DNA from: Takakia lepidozioides | Taxonomy: Eukaryota; Plantae; Bryophyta | Length of the DNA stretch: 64,000 nucleotides | NCBI GenBank assembly: GCA_030704615.1 | Contig: CM060734.1 | Coordinates: 41,478,001-41,542,000 of the forward strand | Direction: 5' to 3' | Shown here: positions 25,110 through 36,920 of the stretch, in pieces | Position numbering within the stretch: the first letter of the stretch is position 1 | Layout of the letters: each line of letters opens with the position of its first letter | Made by a program: the position numbers and the translations under genes | Notes under the pieces: generated by a model | The model's database searches: none | What the model was told of the DNA's origin: nothing | The model's input: only the letters and a program-made list of their open reading frames with translations

Positions 25110-27354
25110 CTCTCACTTCCAGCCCCACCCGCCACCTCCTTTCTCTAGCTTTATAGGTCGAATCAAAACAACCCTCGCGTCTGATTGACAATCACGACAC
25201 ACAGAAAGGGCTCCGGACTCTCTGTGAGAGAGAGAGAGAGAGACAATCCGGGGAGGGAGCACACAATTCCGGTCAAGAACTCAGACAAGGCATTCCCGCA
25301 AAATATTTGTCACTCCAACTACCGGCCAGCTTCGCACGTGTGTGGCTGCAGACGGCCCACGACGCAGTTGAGCACCCAACTGTCCCAAGCAATGACTTGG
25401 ATGGATGAGCATTTTGGCTTACGCGGTCGGGGAATGCATGATATCATATATTTCCATCCATCAGGAGGATGTTTCATCCGCTTGCCGCTCCCCCGTAATA
25501 CCAATCTCTCTTACGAAATCTGCTGTCCGATATTGGACGTGGCTCAGCGTGCATCGCACGATTTCGAGTGAATGATCCTTAGCAAGGATTAGTGACCGTC
25601 GTCAGATATGTGGTAGATCGGCGGCAAAGGGTCACCGCTGTGTAGTCAGCAAAACAGGCCAAGTACTGGAAGCTCAAAGCTTCAGTGATAGAGAAGCTTA
25701 ATAAGTTAAACGCTGAGAGGAAGGAGTACCCCACAAAGCCAATATTACTGTGGCATTGCATCCCTTCTGAATAGCAATTAGGTGAAGTTGCGCCGGGGGC
25801 CTTTGTGAAAATATGAACTAGTTTTGTTTCTGTTTTTGTTGGCCTCGCAAGCGGTAGTTTCTTTTTTCTTTTTTCTTTCCAAGGAAACACCAGCCCCAGC
25901 AACTGCTTGAGTGGGAAAATATGCCCCCTTTTGTGGGGCTGCCATGAGCAGGGCAGAGGCCACGGCCGGAAGCTGGCAGCTCTACACGGTGTGAACCCCA
26001 TACCCACTGGCCAATGCACATGATGTCTTCCAGTGGCCAGAGCCCTAATTTGCTGTACTATGACCAAGAATATTACTTTGTTGGGCACAAACTTCCTGTT
26101 TCAGTTATGGAGAGCATAATACATCATGTGTTTTTTTTTTTAATGAAACCCTCTTTGAGAAGAGCTTGCAAAGCATTGTTGGCTATGTTACTTTACGAAT
26201 AATTAAGAAAAAAATTTGGCAACAAAACACTGTGTATGTGTATGTACAAAAATTTCGCAGGAAAGTGCACAAAGTAGTTTTGGTCATCCATGGAGAACGG
26301 GACCGTCTTGGGACCGTATTATTTAATTTTGGAGAAAATTGTCAGGTCCAATTATTAGTGACTTAGTCCTATGAAAGTCCCGCCATCGGTGTTTTGCCCT
26401 CTAAAGAACCTTTGGGTACCGATATTTGATCACTTGAATTGTCTGGTTATGAGGCGGGGGTAAGGGTTGCATACACTTGTTTACATGGGTTTAATGCGAG
26501 ATAGGCAAGAGTGGGCTCAAAGACCATAAGGCTACGGCAAATAACGTCTTATAAGCTTACGCAACACAAACTGTTGCCGCTTCTCAATATTGCCCAGCAT
26601 GTCATGTCACGTGCACTCTCCCTCTTGTCCAGTTTTTAAGGAAATAACATGTTTCTTCCTATCAAATACGATTTTGAATGAACGAATCTTGACCATACAA
26701 AAAATAATAAATAAATAAGAAAAATCATTGGTTTAGACCATTCATTCATTTATTTATTTTAAACATTTAATATTTGTATGCAGTAGATAAGGAAGCTATT
26801 GTTTAATGGTTCGGGACACAAGAAGCGTAAAAGTTTTACTTCAGCCATGTAGAAAGTTGGAGTGATGAACTGATCATGATAAGAGATGTGAGTATGAAAT
26901 GATCAGCTAAGTTAGTCATATTGGTATCAGAAATTAACAAGGACAATATATATTTCTTGAAATGAAGTATGTCTAGCGTAGCAATTTTCACACACTGAAC
27001 AGAGATAGGACGTGCATGTAGGATAGACTTTTAAAACCGTGGTACCGCAAACCATACAGTCCCACTCTGGAGGTAGTTAGCTTGAGCTGGGCGCTGCTCC
27101 ATTGAATCTCTATTTTCTTGAGAGATGGATGATCAATGCAGGTCGGAGAGTTTGAGAGACGAGCAATGAATTTAAAACGAGTGTCTACAAACCTGACCTT
27201 GCTGAGATTTGCCACGCAAGTGTTCAAAACTCGAGGACCAAGAATTGCGAGGCCGCAGAAGAACCACACCATCAGGCACACAAGACTTGCCAGGCTGAAC
27301 CTCAATGTGGTCGGAGGGGCGTGAAGGCTGCATGGCCGGGTTGCTTGCGGTGGT

Positions 27355-27441
27355 CGAGGGACTAGTCAATGTACAGATTCGTCAATGTACAGATTCCATG
27401 GAAGCCTCGACATCCCGTGCGGGTGCACAGGGAGTGCAAAG
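27355..27441 (+). pseudogene. RING-CH/RINGv (MARCH-type E3) exon relic
   Basis: SLDIPCGCTGSAK followed by a GTAAG donor, like plant RINGv LETPCACSGSLK|. The upstream part is scrambled by a 16-bp tandem duplication (GTCAATGTACAGATTC x2). Confidence 0.35.
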
Positions 27442-28314
27442 GTAAGTTGAAGTCCTCGTTGCAGGATTTGTAAGGCTTGTGTGGAACTTCTTAAATTACA
27501 AAAACTTTTCTGGATGGAAAGACCACCCTTAGACACATCAATCTGTAGGCTAGTCTATAATAGTCCACAAACGACAAAAACATTTTTGTAACAAATAACA
27601 ACATCTTTCAATAAGCCTTTCTACGTCTCATGTTCTTTTTTTAACTGATCTTGTGAGGAGGAAAACCCTAGATGTTATTAGATGTTACACATAGCCGCTT
27701 CTTGCAAGATTCTGAAAGTTATTTACAAGGAAATCATTCAAAATACGCATGTAGACATGATAAATTTTACAAATATCCGTAAACAAAATCATATTGTCAA
27801 TCACAGCCATTTCCAGGAAGTAGCCAAGATGTGATTCTTCGCCCAAAAAAGTCAAATTCAATTGGCCATGAAATAAGCCTTTAGCATGTCAGAATTTGAA
27901 CACATTGTCTATATAGGGGGAAAAAAAAAATGTATCACCAACGTTTGATATGGATAATAAGATTGTTACCGTGCTCATAAACTTAATATGTCCTAATCAC
28001 ATGATAAATCGAGGCAGAATAACATAAATCATAGTAGAAAATATTTAACCTATACGCAAAAACCAACTAAACTATTAGTTACATGTTTACAAGTTTAAGA
28101 TAGTGCTCTAATATAGAGTCTATATCTTCACTTTGGAGGAGGCCAATTTGATGGTTTTCTCAAAGCTCTCACTTCAATGATTAACAATGCTTCAAAGACG
28201 TTTTTTAGGAAAAAAACATTTGCATGCCCGAAATGCAATTATGTGAAAACCACCCAGGAGTTCTCGATGTTCGAAAGATTTATTAGAGATCTCAACAATC
28301 CACATCGATCTGTA

Positions 28315-28836
28315 TGTGACAAATGGACAGTAGCTCAGTAAAGGCCGATAACACTCATTTATTCAACAGGTTCTCCTCCTTCGGATCAAATATGCGCTTA
28401 ACCTGCGCTGCCACCAGGGGCGCAAGCGCAACGTCCTCAACATGCGTTACCACCGCAAACAGAACCTCCTCCACCAGCAGCGCCTTCTATGAGACGGAGG
28501 AGAGGTTGGATCTCCGACCATATATAGTCTACCAGACCATCTACAGTCTCCAGGCGGTATAATCCATTATGGATAACACCCTTAATGCAATGTAGTACTC
28601 CACCCAGTCTCGATACATCATGTGGTTATCATGTTTAACCACACGATATGTCGTGCGCATACATATCGCTACACAACTACATCGTTGTCCAAAACCACAC
28701 AACACATGTGCACGCCACACACTAGTATATCACTAGTCCACCACTGGTCCAGCCACTAGTCCAACCACTAGGCTACAACTAGTCAGTCACTAGGCTGCCA
28801 CTATGCTGCCCACTATGGCAGTCACTAGTCCACACA
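28315..28836 (-). repeat. 3' LTR of Gypsy copy A (~522 bp)
   Basis: On the minus strand it starts TGTG right after the PPT (AGCTAGGGGGG, ~28841-28851) and ends TCACA at 28315. TATATA at 28521-28526 and AATAAA at 28358-28363. Partly homologous to 36430-36500. Confidence 0.7.
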
Positions 28837-28910
28837 ATCGCCCCCCTAGCTGGTGCTTAGGTCCCTCTAAGTCCAAGTAGCCACAAGATGTGATAGTGAC
28901 CATAACCTCA

Positions 28911-30167
28911 CTAAGTCCTCCATCCCATATGCCAACCCCTTGAGCATCGATCCCACACCAGCATGGTGGCTGCCCCTTTGGCAGACCCACAGAGCATGCA
29001 CCTCAAACCTGCAGGTACCACTGCCAAGTCTGGGTCAACTCTGCCATCGACATTGGGAAGGTGACATGGCGCACAATTACGCACATACTCCTTCCATGTC
29101 ATGCCATCCCGACCCTCCAAGATCAGGACCCCTGAGGGCAACACCTCTCGAACCCTCAGAATAACACGCCCAACAGTAACATCCAGAGTCGTAGAAGCAG
29201 TCTGCTGCAAATAAACATAGTCACCAGGGCTAAACCTCCGAACCCCAGGACGATATCCTCCACCACGTATAGTGGCATACCTCAACGTATCACGGTGTTG
29301 TGCAATGGCAAGGTTATCAAAAGCCATGGGCATGACTTTCTTGAATAACGCTGCACGTTGATCACATGCACATACCCACATGTCCGGATCGTCAAGGTTA
29401 AGGACTTGAGCAGTGTCCCTACGAATGGCTGCAGGCAAATCCGGCTCTCGGCCAAAGAGAAGGAAATATGGTGAGAAGGAGGCAAGTGATGCTTGTTTGC
29501 TGAACCTGTAGCCTATCGCTAACCAAGGAACCTGAAGATCCCAATCTCCTAGGTGTCCCTTCTGTAAGCCATACTTGCGCAAAACCCTCTTCATCGTATG
29601 AACAACTCTCTCTGCTAAGCCATCGGCCTCAGGATGATCCCGAGAAGTGTTGCGGTGGTCTATCAAGGCTTTATCACACAAAGTCTGAAACTCCCCCAAG
29701 AATTCTCTCCCTTGGTCCGTGAGTACCTCAGCTGGAGCACCAAATCGGCTAAGCACACGATCCAAGAATGCATACGCAGCCCCCTCACTAGCCTTGTCAG
29801 GCAATGGAACCAACTCAATCCACTTGGAGAAGTGCTCAACCATCACCAACACATATATGTGGTGGCGCATAGTCAGTGACAACGGTCCTGCGAAGTCAAG
29901 ACTCCACCTGTAGCCCAATCCCATGATTGGTAAAGGATGCAACTATGGTGTAGGGGTGTTGAATGAAGCACGCACCCTGTCACACACCATGCACCTAGCC
30001 ACAAACTGTTGCACCTTTGTATGCATACCACGCCACCAATACTGCCCTTGCAGTAAACTGTGAGTGCGTCGCACTCCAAAATGCCCCAACTCCTCATGGG
30101 CATGCCGCACTAACCGTGCACGCTGTGTGGGATGAGGCACAATCCTCACCCGACCATCCTCCCACAC
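28911..30167 (-). pseudogene. Gypsy integrase (HHCC + DDE) with partial C-terminal PHD finger, copy A
   Basis: ORFs 29943..30167 and 28911..29942 are joined across one TAG. C-terminus reads CMLCGSAKGAATMLVWDRCSRGWHMG. Confidence 0.9.
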
Positions 30168-30479
30168 TCGAAGTAGGTGTATCCCCTCCCACTTAAACCT
30201 CTTGGCTCATTGCAGGATCCGATCCCTCTCCCTGGCAGTCACAGTGGCTGCCGTGTCTCCCGTGTGGAGGTAGTCCAACACAGCCGAATCCTCATGTATA
30301 TCTCTGGCACCACCTGGCTCATCACTAGCCTCAGGGTCCTCAGACACTCCATCTACAGTCATCCCTGTTGTAGGTCCAACCTGACCTCCCGATGCCAAGA
30401 TACACAAAAATGTAGATGCGTGCCATCCCGGCACCATCTCCTCGTCCGTCTCACCATGCCACCGAGCTCCAGTGTCATC

Positions 30480-31832
30480 CTATTGGCTCATGCATGGATT
30501 GCGACTCAATCCATCCGCATCCCGATTGACCAAACCCGGTCGATGCACAACCTGAAAGTCATACTCCTGGAGTATGAGTGCCCACCGTGCAAGCTTCCCC
30601 GTAAGCTTGTCTAACTCCATCAACCACTTGAGTGGCTGGTGATCCGTGACAATGGTGAAAAGATTGCCGTATAGATAGCACCTGAAGTGTGCCACGGCCC
30701 ACACTGCAGCTAAGCACTCTCCCTCATATGAGTTGTACTTAGCCTCTGCAGCGTTGTTCGAGCGGCTAACATAAGCCACTACGAACTCTCTTCCCTCATC
30801 ATCCACCTGTGTGAGCACCGCTCCAAGCCCCAGCATGCTCCAATCCGTATACAGCTGAAAGGGACGCAACCTGATAGGTCGTCTCAGGATAGGCGCCGAG
30901 GTCAACCTCACCTTGAGCTCTTGAAAAGCTCGTTCCTGCTCATCTTCCCACTGCCACTCCTGGTCCACCTTGATCAGCTTGGTTAGAGCCTTTGCATTGG
31001 TACTAAATCCCTTGACAAACCGTCTATAATAGTTTGCCAACCCCATGAAAGCTCGAACTCGGCTCACATCCATGGGGCGTGGAATTTGTGCAATGGCCTC
31101 TACCTTAGTCTGCTGTACCCCCAATCCTCTAGGATATATCATGTGACCCAGATACTCAATCTGGTTGTGGAAAAACTTGCACTTCCCCGGATGCAACTTC
31201 AATCCGTGCGCTCTCAAGCGCTCCAATACCACCTGAAGGTGTCTCTCATGCTCCTCCATCGTAACACTAAAGATGATCATGTCATCTATGTAGCACCGAG
31301 CAAACTCCACCCCTGCTAGAATCCTGTCCATGACTCTCTGAAACTCTGCCGGAGCGTTCTTAAGCCCAAATGGTAAGAACCGCCACTGGTATAGGCAATC
31401 CTTCCCGTGCTCATTGATCCCCCAGAATGTCGTCTTCTGCTTGTCCGCCTCCTTGATTGGCAACTGGTGATATCCGGATCGTAAATCCAAAGTGCTAAAG
31501 GCCTTAGCATGCCCGATGGCATCAAAGATCTCCTCTGGTGTTGGCATGGCATACTTATCGGACTTGGTCTGACGATTTACAGGCCGGTAATCACCGCACA
31601 TACGTCTCTCCGTCCAATTGCCATAGACATCCTTCTTGGCTGGCATCACTGTGGCTGAAGCATACTCTCCACCAGAGAGCTCCACCAAACCTGCCTCCCA
31701 GAGATCTTGAGTCCTCATCTGAATCAAAGACCTCTCCATGTCACTGTATCTATAGGGTCTCTGAAAGATTGGCGTGTCAGTGGCCAACTCAATACGGATG
31801 TCTTGACCCTTCAGTGCTCCCAAGTCCTTCAA
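30480..31832 (-). CDS. Gypsy reverse transcriptase + RNase H, copy A (450 aa open)
   Basis: RMCGDYRPVN, FSTLDLRSGYHQ, LPFGLKNAP, CYIDD, IEYLGH, LYTDWS, EGECLA, TDHQPL. Confidence 0.93.
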   Translation of the reverse strand: MKDLGALKGQDIRIELATDTPIFQRPYRYSDMERSLIQMRTQDLWEAGLVELSGGEYASATVMPAKKDVYGNWTERRMCGDYRPVNRQTKSDKYAMPTPEEIFDAIGHAKAFSTLDLRSGYHQLPIKEADKQKTTFWGINEHGKDCLYQWRFLPFGLKNAPAEFQRVMDRILAGVEFARCYIDDMIIFSVTMEEHERHLQVVLERLRAHGLKLHPGKCKFFHNQIEYLGHMIYPRGLGVQQTKVEAIAQIPRPMDVSRVRAFMGLANYYRRFVKGFSTNAKALTKLIKVDQEWQWEDEQERAFQELKVRLTSAPILRRPIRLRPFQLYTDWSMLGLGAVLTQVDDEGREFVVAYVSRSNNAAEAKYNSYEGECLAAVWAVAHFRCYLYGNLFTIVTDHQPLKWLMELDKLTGKLARWALILQEYDFQVVHRPGLVNRDADGLSRNPCMSQ

Positions 31833-32046
31833 ACTGAAGGCAAAGCAATTCCTGTAAGCCCTCAGGAACCGCCGTATACGTCGTCTCTCTCCTCCGGTGA
31901 CAATGGGTCCAATGTCAGGCTCTCAATTGTCCTCCGTAACTGCAACCTTAAGTCCAGTGGGCTTAGAGGTAGAGGACGCGTCCAGTGGTTGCTATGTTGC
32001 AACCTCTTGAGCAGTACTCCCTGCCTGCTCAGTCAATGACAAGGCC

Positions 32047-33343
32047 TCATCCTGCCATCATCTCATCCTTGAGGACCTCCTCAACCCGAGAAAAATCCCC
32101 AACCTCATCCATCACAGCCGCCTTGGCTGCCAACTCCCTCTGAACCTCGAGCACCTCCCACGTGTGCCATGGATGCATGCACCCCGTGGTCCTCACATGC
32201 TCGCCCCCACTCACTGCCTGTACCGTCTCGGTAGGCAGAGAGACCATCGAGGGAAGTGTACTCCGCACTCTGCGTTGCTTAGCCAGAGCCAAGCTGATAA
32301 TCCAGGTCAAGCAATTGAGATCCATTGCTTGCCCCAACACTAGACGACGTGATGCCTCAGAAAGAGACGACACCGCTGTGGTACCAGTGGTAAAACCCAT
32401 CGCCCGCTCGCGCTCGTCAGCATTGGGCTCTACTAATTGTTGCAACTGGCTATCCCACAAGAGGCCAGGTCCACCATCCCGAAAAAACATGGGATCCTGG
32501 GAAGCTGAGCAGTGTAGGTAATGCTGCTCGTGGTTGACCCACCCTGTTGACCACTGCCAAAGGCGAACGGTCATCGTGTCTCATACGTTGAGACTACCTC
32601 CCTATGTCCAAAATGCTATCCACTGTGAGGTGTGCTGGCCGCTGCACCCCATCAAATGCACGCTTGAGCAGTGCGGGTGGCATCAAGTTAGTCCACCATA
32701 GCCGTGGACGATGAGCCCATGACCCCACTGCAGCTGCATCCAGCAACACTGCTGACCCAAGCCACGACCGGACTTGATGCACGCTGGCCATCACCCTGGC
32801 CCGAGAATCACCCATCAGTGGCACATTCTCCAAGATGTATGCTGGAGATACAGCTTGATGAAGCTGCAAGTGGCGCAAAATCCGCACCATCTCCCAAAAC
32901 AGACCCGACCTCGAGTCTCGCAATCCATTGCCATGCCCGGCTGATGAATGCCCTTGGCAGGGCCAACCTGCCACTACCAGATCAATGGAGCCAACCCGCT
33001 CCAAATCCTGCGCCCCCAGCAATGAAATGTCTGCTGGCAAGGCCTGCTGATATCCACGAATTGCAGACACCGACAACAACTCAGGGTACCGCTGCACCAA
33101 CTGAGCAACATGGCGAAGTGAAACGCGTCGTGCAGTCTCATCCCTCTCCACATACAGGTAACGCCGAACTCGTATACCTGCATGTAACACAGCAGCCAAT
33201 CCGGTGCTGATCCCGCCAAACAAGTCCAGAAGACAAATGCCTTCATCCGGATACTGCCACACAATAGGTGTGGTGTCCAAATGGAGACAATTGAGGTGGT
33301 CCTCGTGCAATCCCCGCACTCTCCTCCTCTCTTGACGGTACAA
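32047..33343 (-). pseudogene. Dnmt3-like cytosine-5 DNA methyltransferase domain, copy A (stop at 32594, frameshifts)
   Basis: LLDLFGGI, YVERD, VAGWPCQG, ILENV, AHRPRLWWTN, ERERAMGF, LGQAMD. Confidence 0.9.
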
Positions 33344-33419
33344 AAGCCTTCACCCAGGCTTGTTGCACCCGTTGATCAGCATCCCGCTGCAAATCCTTGC
33401 TCGTGCCCCACAATGGAGT

Positions 33420-34460
33420 CTAAGCAACCATGGTAGGCAACTCTACCATACCATACATGTCATCCTGCTCTCCCGGAGGTGGCACATCCTCTGAATGAGC
33501 GTTGCCCTCAAGCAACTTTCTAGGCCAACTCACTGCCGTTGTGAATGCTGCTAGTGTCGGCATCTTGCCTCGCTGGGCAACCGCAACTCCTCCTATGAAC
33601 GTCACAGGGAGCTGCACACGCCGGCCCTCCCCTGACTGCCATGCAGGCCTATAGGAAGCTGACTCCTCCCAAAAATCTAGGGTGAAGCCCATGGGGTACA
33701 ACACTGCCCCACCAACCAGGACATCGTATGAGACCGCGTCTGTCACAATGGCCTTGGCTCGCATCACTGAGCCATCTGTAGGGTGATCCGGCCGTAGTCT
33801 GATAGCCAACTCACGCTGTGTCATGCCCCGAGCCTGCTCCGATCCTCCCAGAGACGTCTGTATCTGGAAATGACAAGGCTCCATATCCGCCTCCGTGAGG
33901 CCCAAGCCTGCAATAGCAGCTCTGCCCAGCATCAATGGCTGAGCTCCCGAGTCCAACAAGACCCGCAGTGGCCGGTACCTCTTGCCTGCCAGTCCACTCA
34001 AACAGAAAATATCATCCTGGTTGTCTAACATGACAACTCCAGGTGTCACCATGGCGCGCTCAATGGCTGGCCTAGCTGGCAGCTCCATCAACCTGGCAGC
34101 TGCAGCTTGCCATGGCGCCGCCGTGGCAGTCTTGACCCTCAAATCCGAGGATCCCTCCGACACTACACCTCCCACTATCTCCGCAGAAGATGAAGTAACA
34201 TCCCCACTCTCACAGAGTGTAGCTGCCAGCCTGAACACCTTAGCTGGTCTTACCCCCGGCGTCGCAATCATGGTAGCCGAGAACAATGGAGCCTGGCACA
34301 CAGATGTGGCCGCTCCTAGCAGCACTAGCTGCCGTAGCCTTGGCAACATAGGTAGTGGTACTACCCGTGTAGCTCTCCCCAATGGCATAGTAACCTCCGC
34401 CTCGGTAACAATCGGGCGAGAACTAGGTGCCATGGATGGCGTCGACATTGTCTCCGCCAA
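33420..34460 (-). CDS. Gypsy aspartic protease region, copy A
   Basis: RVLLDSGAQPLMLG and YDVLVGG retropepsin motifs. Confidence 0.85.
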   Translation of the reverse strand: MAETMSTPSMAPSSRPIVTEAEVTMPLGRATRVVPLPMLPRLRQLVLLGAATSVCQAPLFSATMIATPGVRPAKVFRLAATLCESGDVTSSSAEIVGGVVSEGSSDLRVKTATAAPWQAAAARLMELPARPAIERAMVTPGVVMLDNQDDIFCLSGLAGKRYRPLRVLLDSGAQPLMLGRAAIAGLGLTEADMEPCHFQIQTSLGGSEQARGMTQRELAIRLRPDHPTDGSVMRAKAIVTDAVSYDVLVGGAVLYPMGFTLDFWEESASYRPAWQSGEGRRVQLPVTFIGGVAVAQRGKMPTLAAFTTAVSWPRKLLEGNAHSEDVPPPGEQDDMYGMVELPTMVA

Positions 34461-34701
34461 TGTGAATGACTGAGGAAGCCTAGCCTGACGGCTTGCCTTC
34501 TAACGCTGTGGATCCAACTCCACCTCGGCACCTCGTGGCTCAGGAACTCGTGCTGCTCCTCGAGTCACGGTCAGCAGACCCACCTGCACTAGTGGTGGTA
34601 GTGCTGCTCCACACATGAATCCCATGCCTCCCATATCTCCTCCCTCAGGAGCAGGATGTGGACCATCCGGAGCCACCAGGAGGTGGACCACCCTAAACAT
34701 C

Positions 34702-34990
34702 TCGAGTGATAAAGAAGAAGAATACAAGCACGAGCTCACAAAAATGAAGCATAAACTCATGCATATATTCACCTCATCACTCAATAACAAGTCAAGCCAA
34801 GTGCACCCCAGCCAGGGAATTCCACACTACGGCGCCATAGCTAGGCGCGGTGAGGCTCAACTCGAGAAAGATGAGCCTCCCGCGCTTGCCGTGAAGATAA
34901 CCACTCCAGGGCCTAATCGCCTTGAACCCTGGATTGACACTTGGGCCAATCCGAGAGAGGGTCTGCAAGCCTTTCTCTTGAAGGGTCCGA
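34702..34990. repeat. Dispersed hairpin-rich repeat, copy 1 (relative at ~47085-47390)
   Basis: Shares CTCGAGTGATAA, GCACCCCA, GGCTCAACT.GAGA.AGATGAGC and CGTGAAGATAA with 47085-47390. Confidence 0.6.
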
Positions 34991-34999
34991 AGGTCACAT

Positions 35000-36400
35000 G
35001 ACTGTCTCGTATAATTTCCAAGAATGTTATGTCTTTGAAGAAGGAAATAAGCCGCACTTGTAATGTTTCTAGTATATTGGCAACTACAAGAAGTTTTACA
35101 TCGTTCATTTGGAATCTGTCCAATTTTCGAACTGATTTTTCCAAAATTCCTCAAGTGCCAACTTATCCGAAGTATCATATACATTGTTGACATGACTTGA
35201 TTGTAGGAAATCAAGGAGTAGAGTGATTTAAAACAAAGTGCTATACTAGATGAGTGAAGAAACAAGAACTTTAATAACTCAATATACACTAAAGTGACAA
35301 ATGCGCACCCTCATTACTTTCATTGTTACGTGCAATCTAGTCCATAGATCCCTAAGTTAGATCCCTAAGTTAGCTTGATGCGTGAATGATTCGTTGCATT
35401 GGTGCGGTCCAACCACCGACTTCCACATCTGATATGATATTAGTTTGCTACAAATAATTAGTATTAATCTACATGATTAGTGAAAGTATAAGAAGGGTAT
35501 ATGGACCATGAACAAGGTCATGGTCTTACAATAATTAAGTATACAAATTGGGTGAAACATGGTCTTGGATTTGGATCAAAGACACTATCCCGTACTGTTG
35601 CAAAAAGATGGTATGTTATGGAAGATATCTGTATCAAGCATGGTGTCAATCGAAGCAACCGTATCGAGACAAATGGGAAAGCATCTGCAAATTATTTTGC
35701 AAAGATATGGATTATGAAAGAAGAATTACAAGAGACCAAAAATCATACTCTTAGATGAATCCCCAAGAGAAAAAAGAGAAAAAACTTCCAAGCATGCAAA
35801 TATAACTTGAGGTTTTCAAAGCACTGGACGGTGGTTCTGCCAAATAATCTAAAGTTGACGAGCCAGAGGATGGGCCTATGAAAACTTCCACCATCATCCG
35901 ATCATGTTGGTAATAAGTTTGGCAAACCATCCACTACAAAGTGATGAAGAATTTATCCGAAAGTTGTGTAAGGCTTGACAAGCATGTTGGAGAACAATGG
36001 AGAGAAATTACTTGCACCTACGCAAATTGCATAAGCAGAAAGAAACAAGTGCAACACAAAGAATCAATGGAACTTGAAAGAGAATGAATTCAAGCAAACA
36101 AAGATAATGGATTTGGATACATTGCAGCCTTAATGAACATTAACAAGGGTGGAAACTATTGGCAATTCAAATCAAACTTGACATGAGCAATGTTAACAAA
36201 TGCGAGATTTGAATTAAGCCAAATGATGAGGGCCAATAATTGTAGTACAACTCTTGTAGGGAATCAAATATGCAAGGCACTCCATTCATACAAGTTCATT
36301 TACAATCTAAAAATAAACCCCAAAAGACCACGAAACAAACACGCCATCTTGCGAGGATCAAACACTGTGAACTACACAATCCGTGTTCTGAGAAACTAAA
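35000..36400. mobile_element. Probable PIF/Harbinger remnant (Myb/SANT trihelix ORF on +, possible transposase N-terminus on -)
   Basis: ~35600-35800 (+) frames join as W..MEDICIKHGVNRS/Q.RDKWESI..../DYERR....SY..MNPQEKK.KKLP, a Myb_DNA-bind_4-like motif. 35000-35160 (-) is weakly Harbinger-transposase-like. Very degenerate. Confidence 0.45.
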
Positions 36401-36787
36401 GAAAGTCTTTCCAACAATGTAGAAATCTCGTCTATCTGTCGTGCGTATACGTATCGCTAAACAACTACATCGCTGTCCAAACCACACCACACATATATGC
36501 ACAATAAAGTAGTCTGCCACAATCACCCCCCTAGCTGGTGGGTAGATCCCTCTACCTCCAGATAGCTACAAGATATAATAGCCACAGCCGTACTAAGTCC
36601 TCTATCACTGCCCCTATGCACTCAAACTCTATAGACAAGAGGACAGGTACAAGAGTAGCCCCATCGTTAGTCGCCGTCTTGCAATCTGTGAACTGAGCCA
36701 GGACCTCGTGTGTTCAAGGTCTACTAGTAGCCTGGGCCTTGCGTTTCTTGTTAGCCTTCCATGGTGTATCCACTCCCACTATCCAAT

Positions 36788-36920
36788 GCATGTGGACATA
36801 ACCAATCCCCATCCGGAACCATCTCAAGAGGTGGAGTCAAGCATCCCATATGCCAACTCTAGAGCATCGATCACACACCAGCATGGTGGCTGCCCCTTTA
36901 GCAGACCCACAAAACATGCA
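36788..36920 (-). pseudogene. PHD finger at the integrase C-terminus, copy B
   Basis: Correcting single-base indels gives CMFCGSAKGAATMLVCDRCS.WHMGCLTPPLEMVPDGDWLCP.C, a C4HC3 PHD with the W-x-C-P-x-C ending. Confidence 0.85.

Larger units (their letters stand above)
28315..34700 (-). mobile_element. Ty3/Gypsy LTR retrotransposon encoding a C5-DNA methyltransferase, copy A (5'-truncated)
   Basis: Order on minus strand: gag tail, protease (VLLDSGA, 33420-34460), DNMT (32047-33343), RT-RNase H (30480-31832; YIDD, LYTDWS), integrase (HEELGH..C..C, LDFAG, TDQG, ERVV; 28911-30167), truncated PHD, PPT, LTR. Confidence 0.95.

Noticed and set aside
32704-33210. Plus-strand ORFs conserved in both Gypsy copies (32704..33210, 40615..41121, and others)
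   Set aside because: They are antisense shadows of the DNMT/pol coding frame, and their conservation is explained by the duplication.
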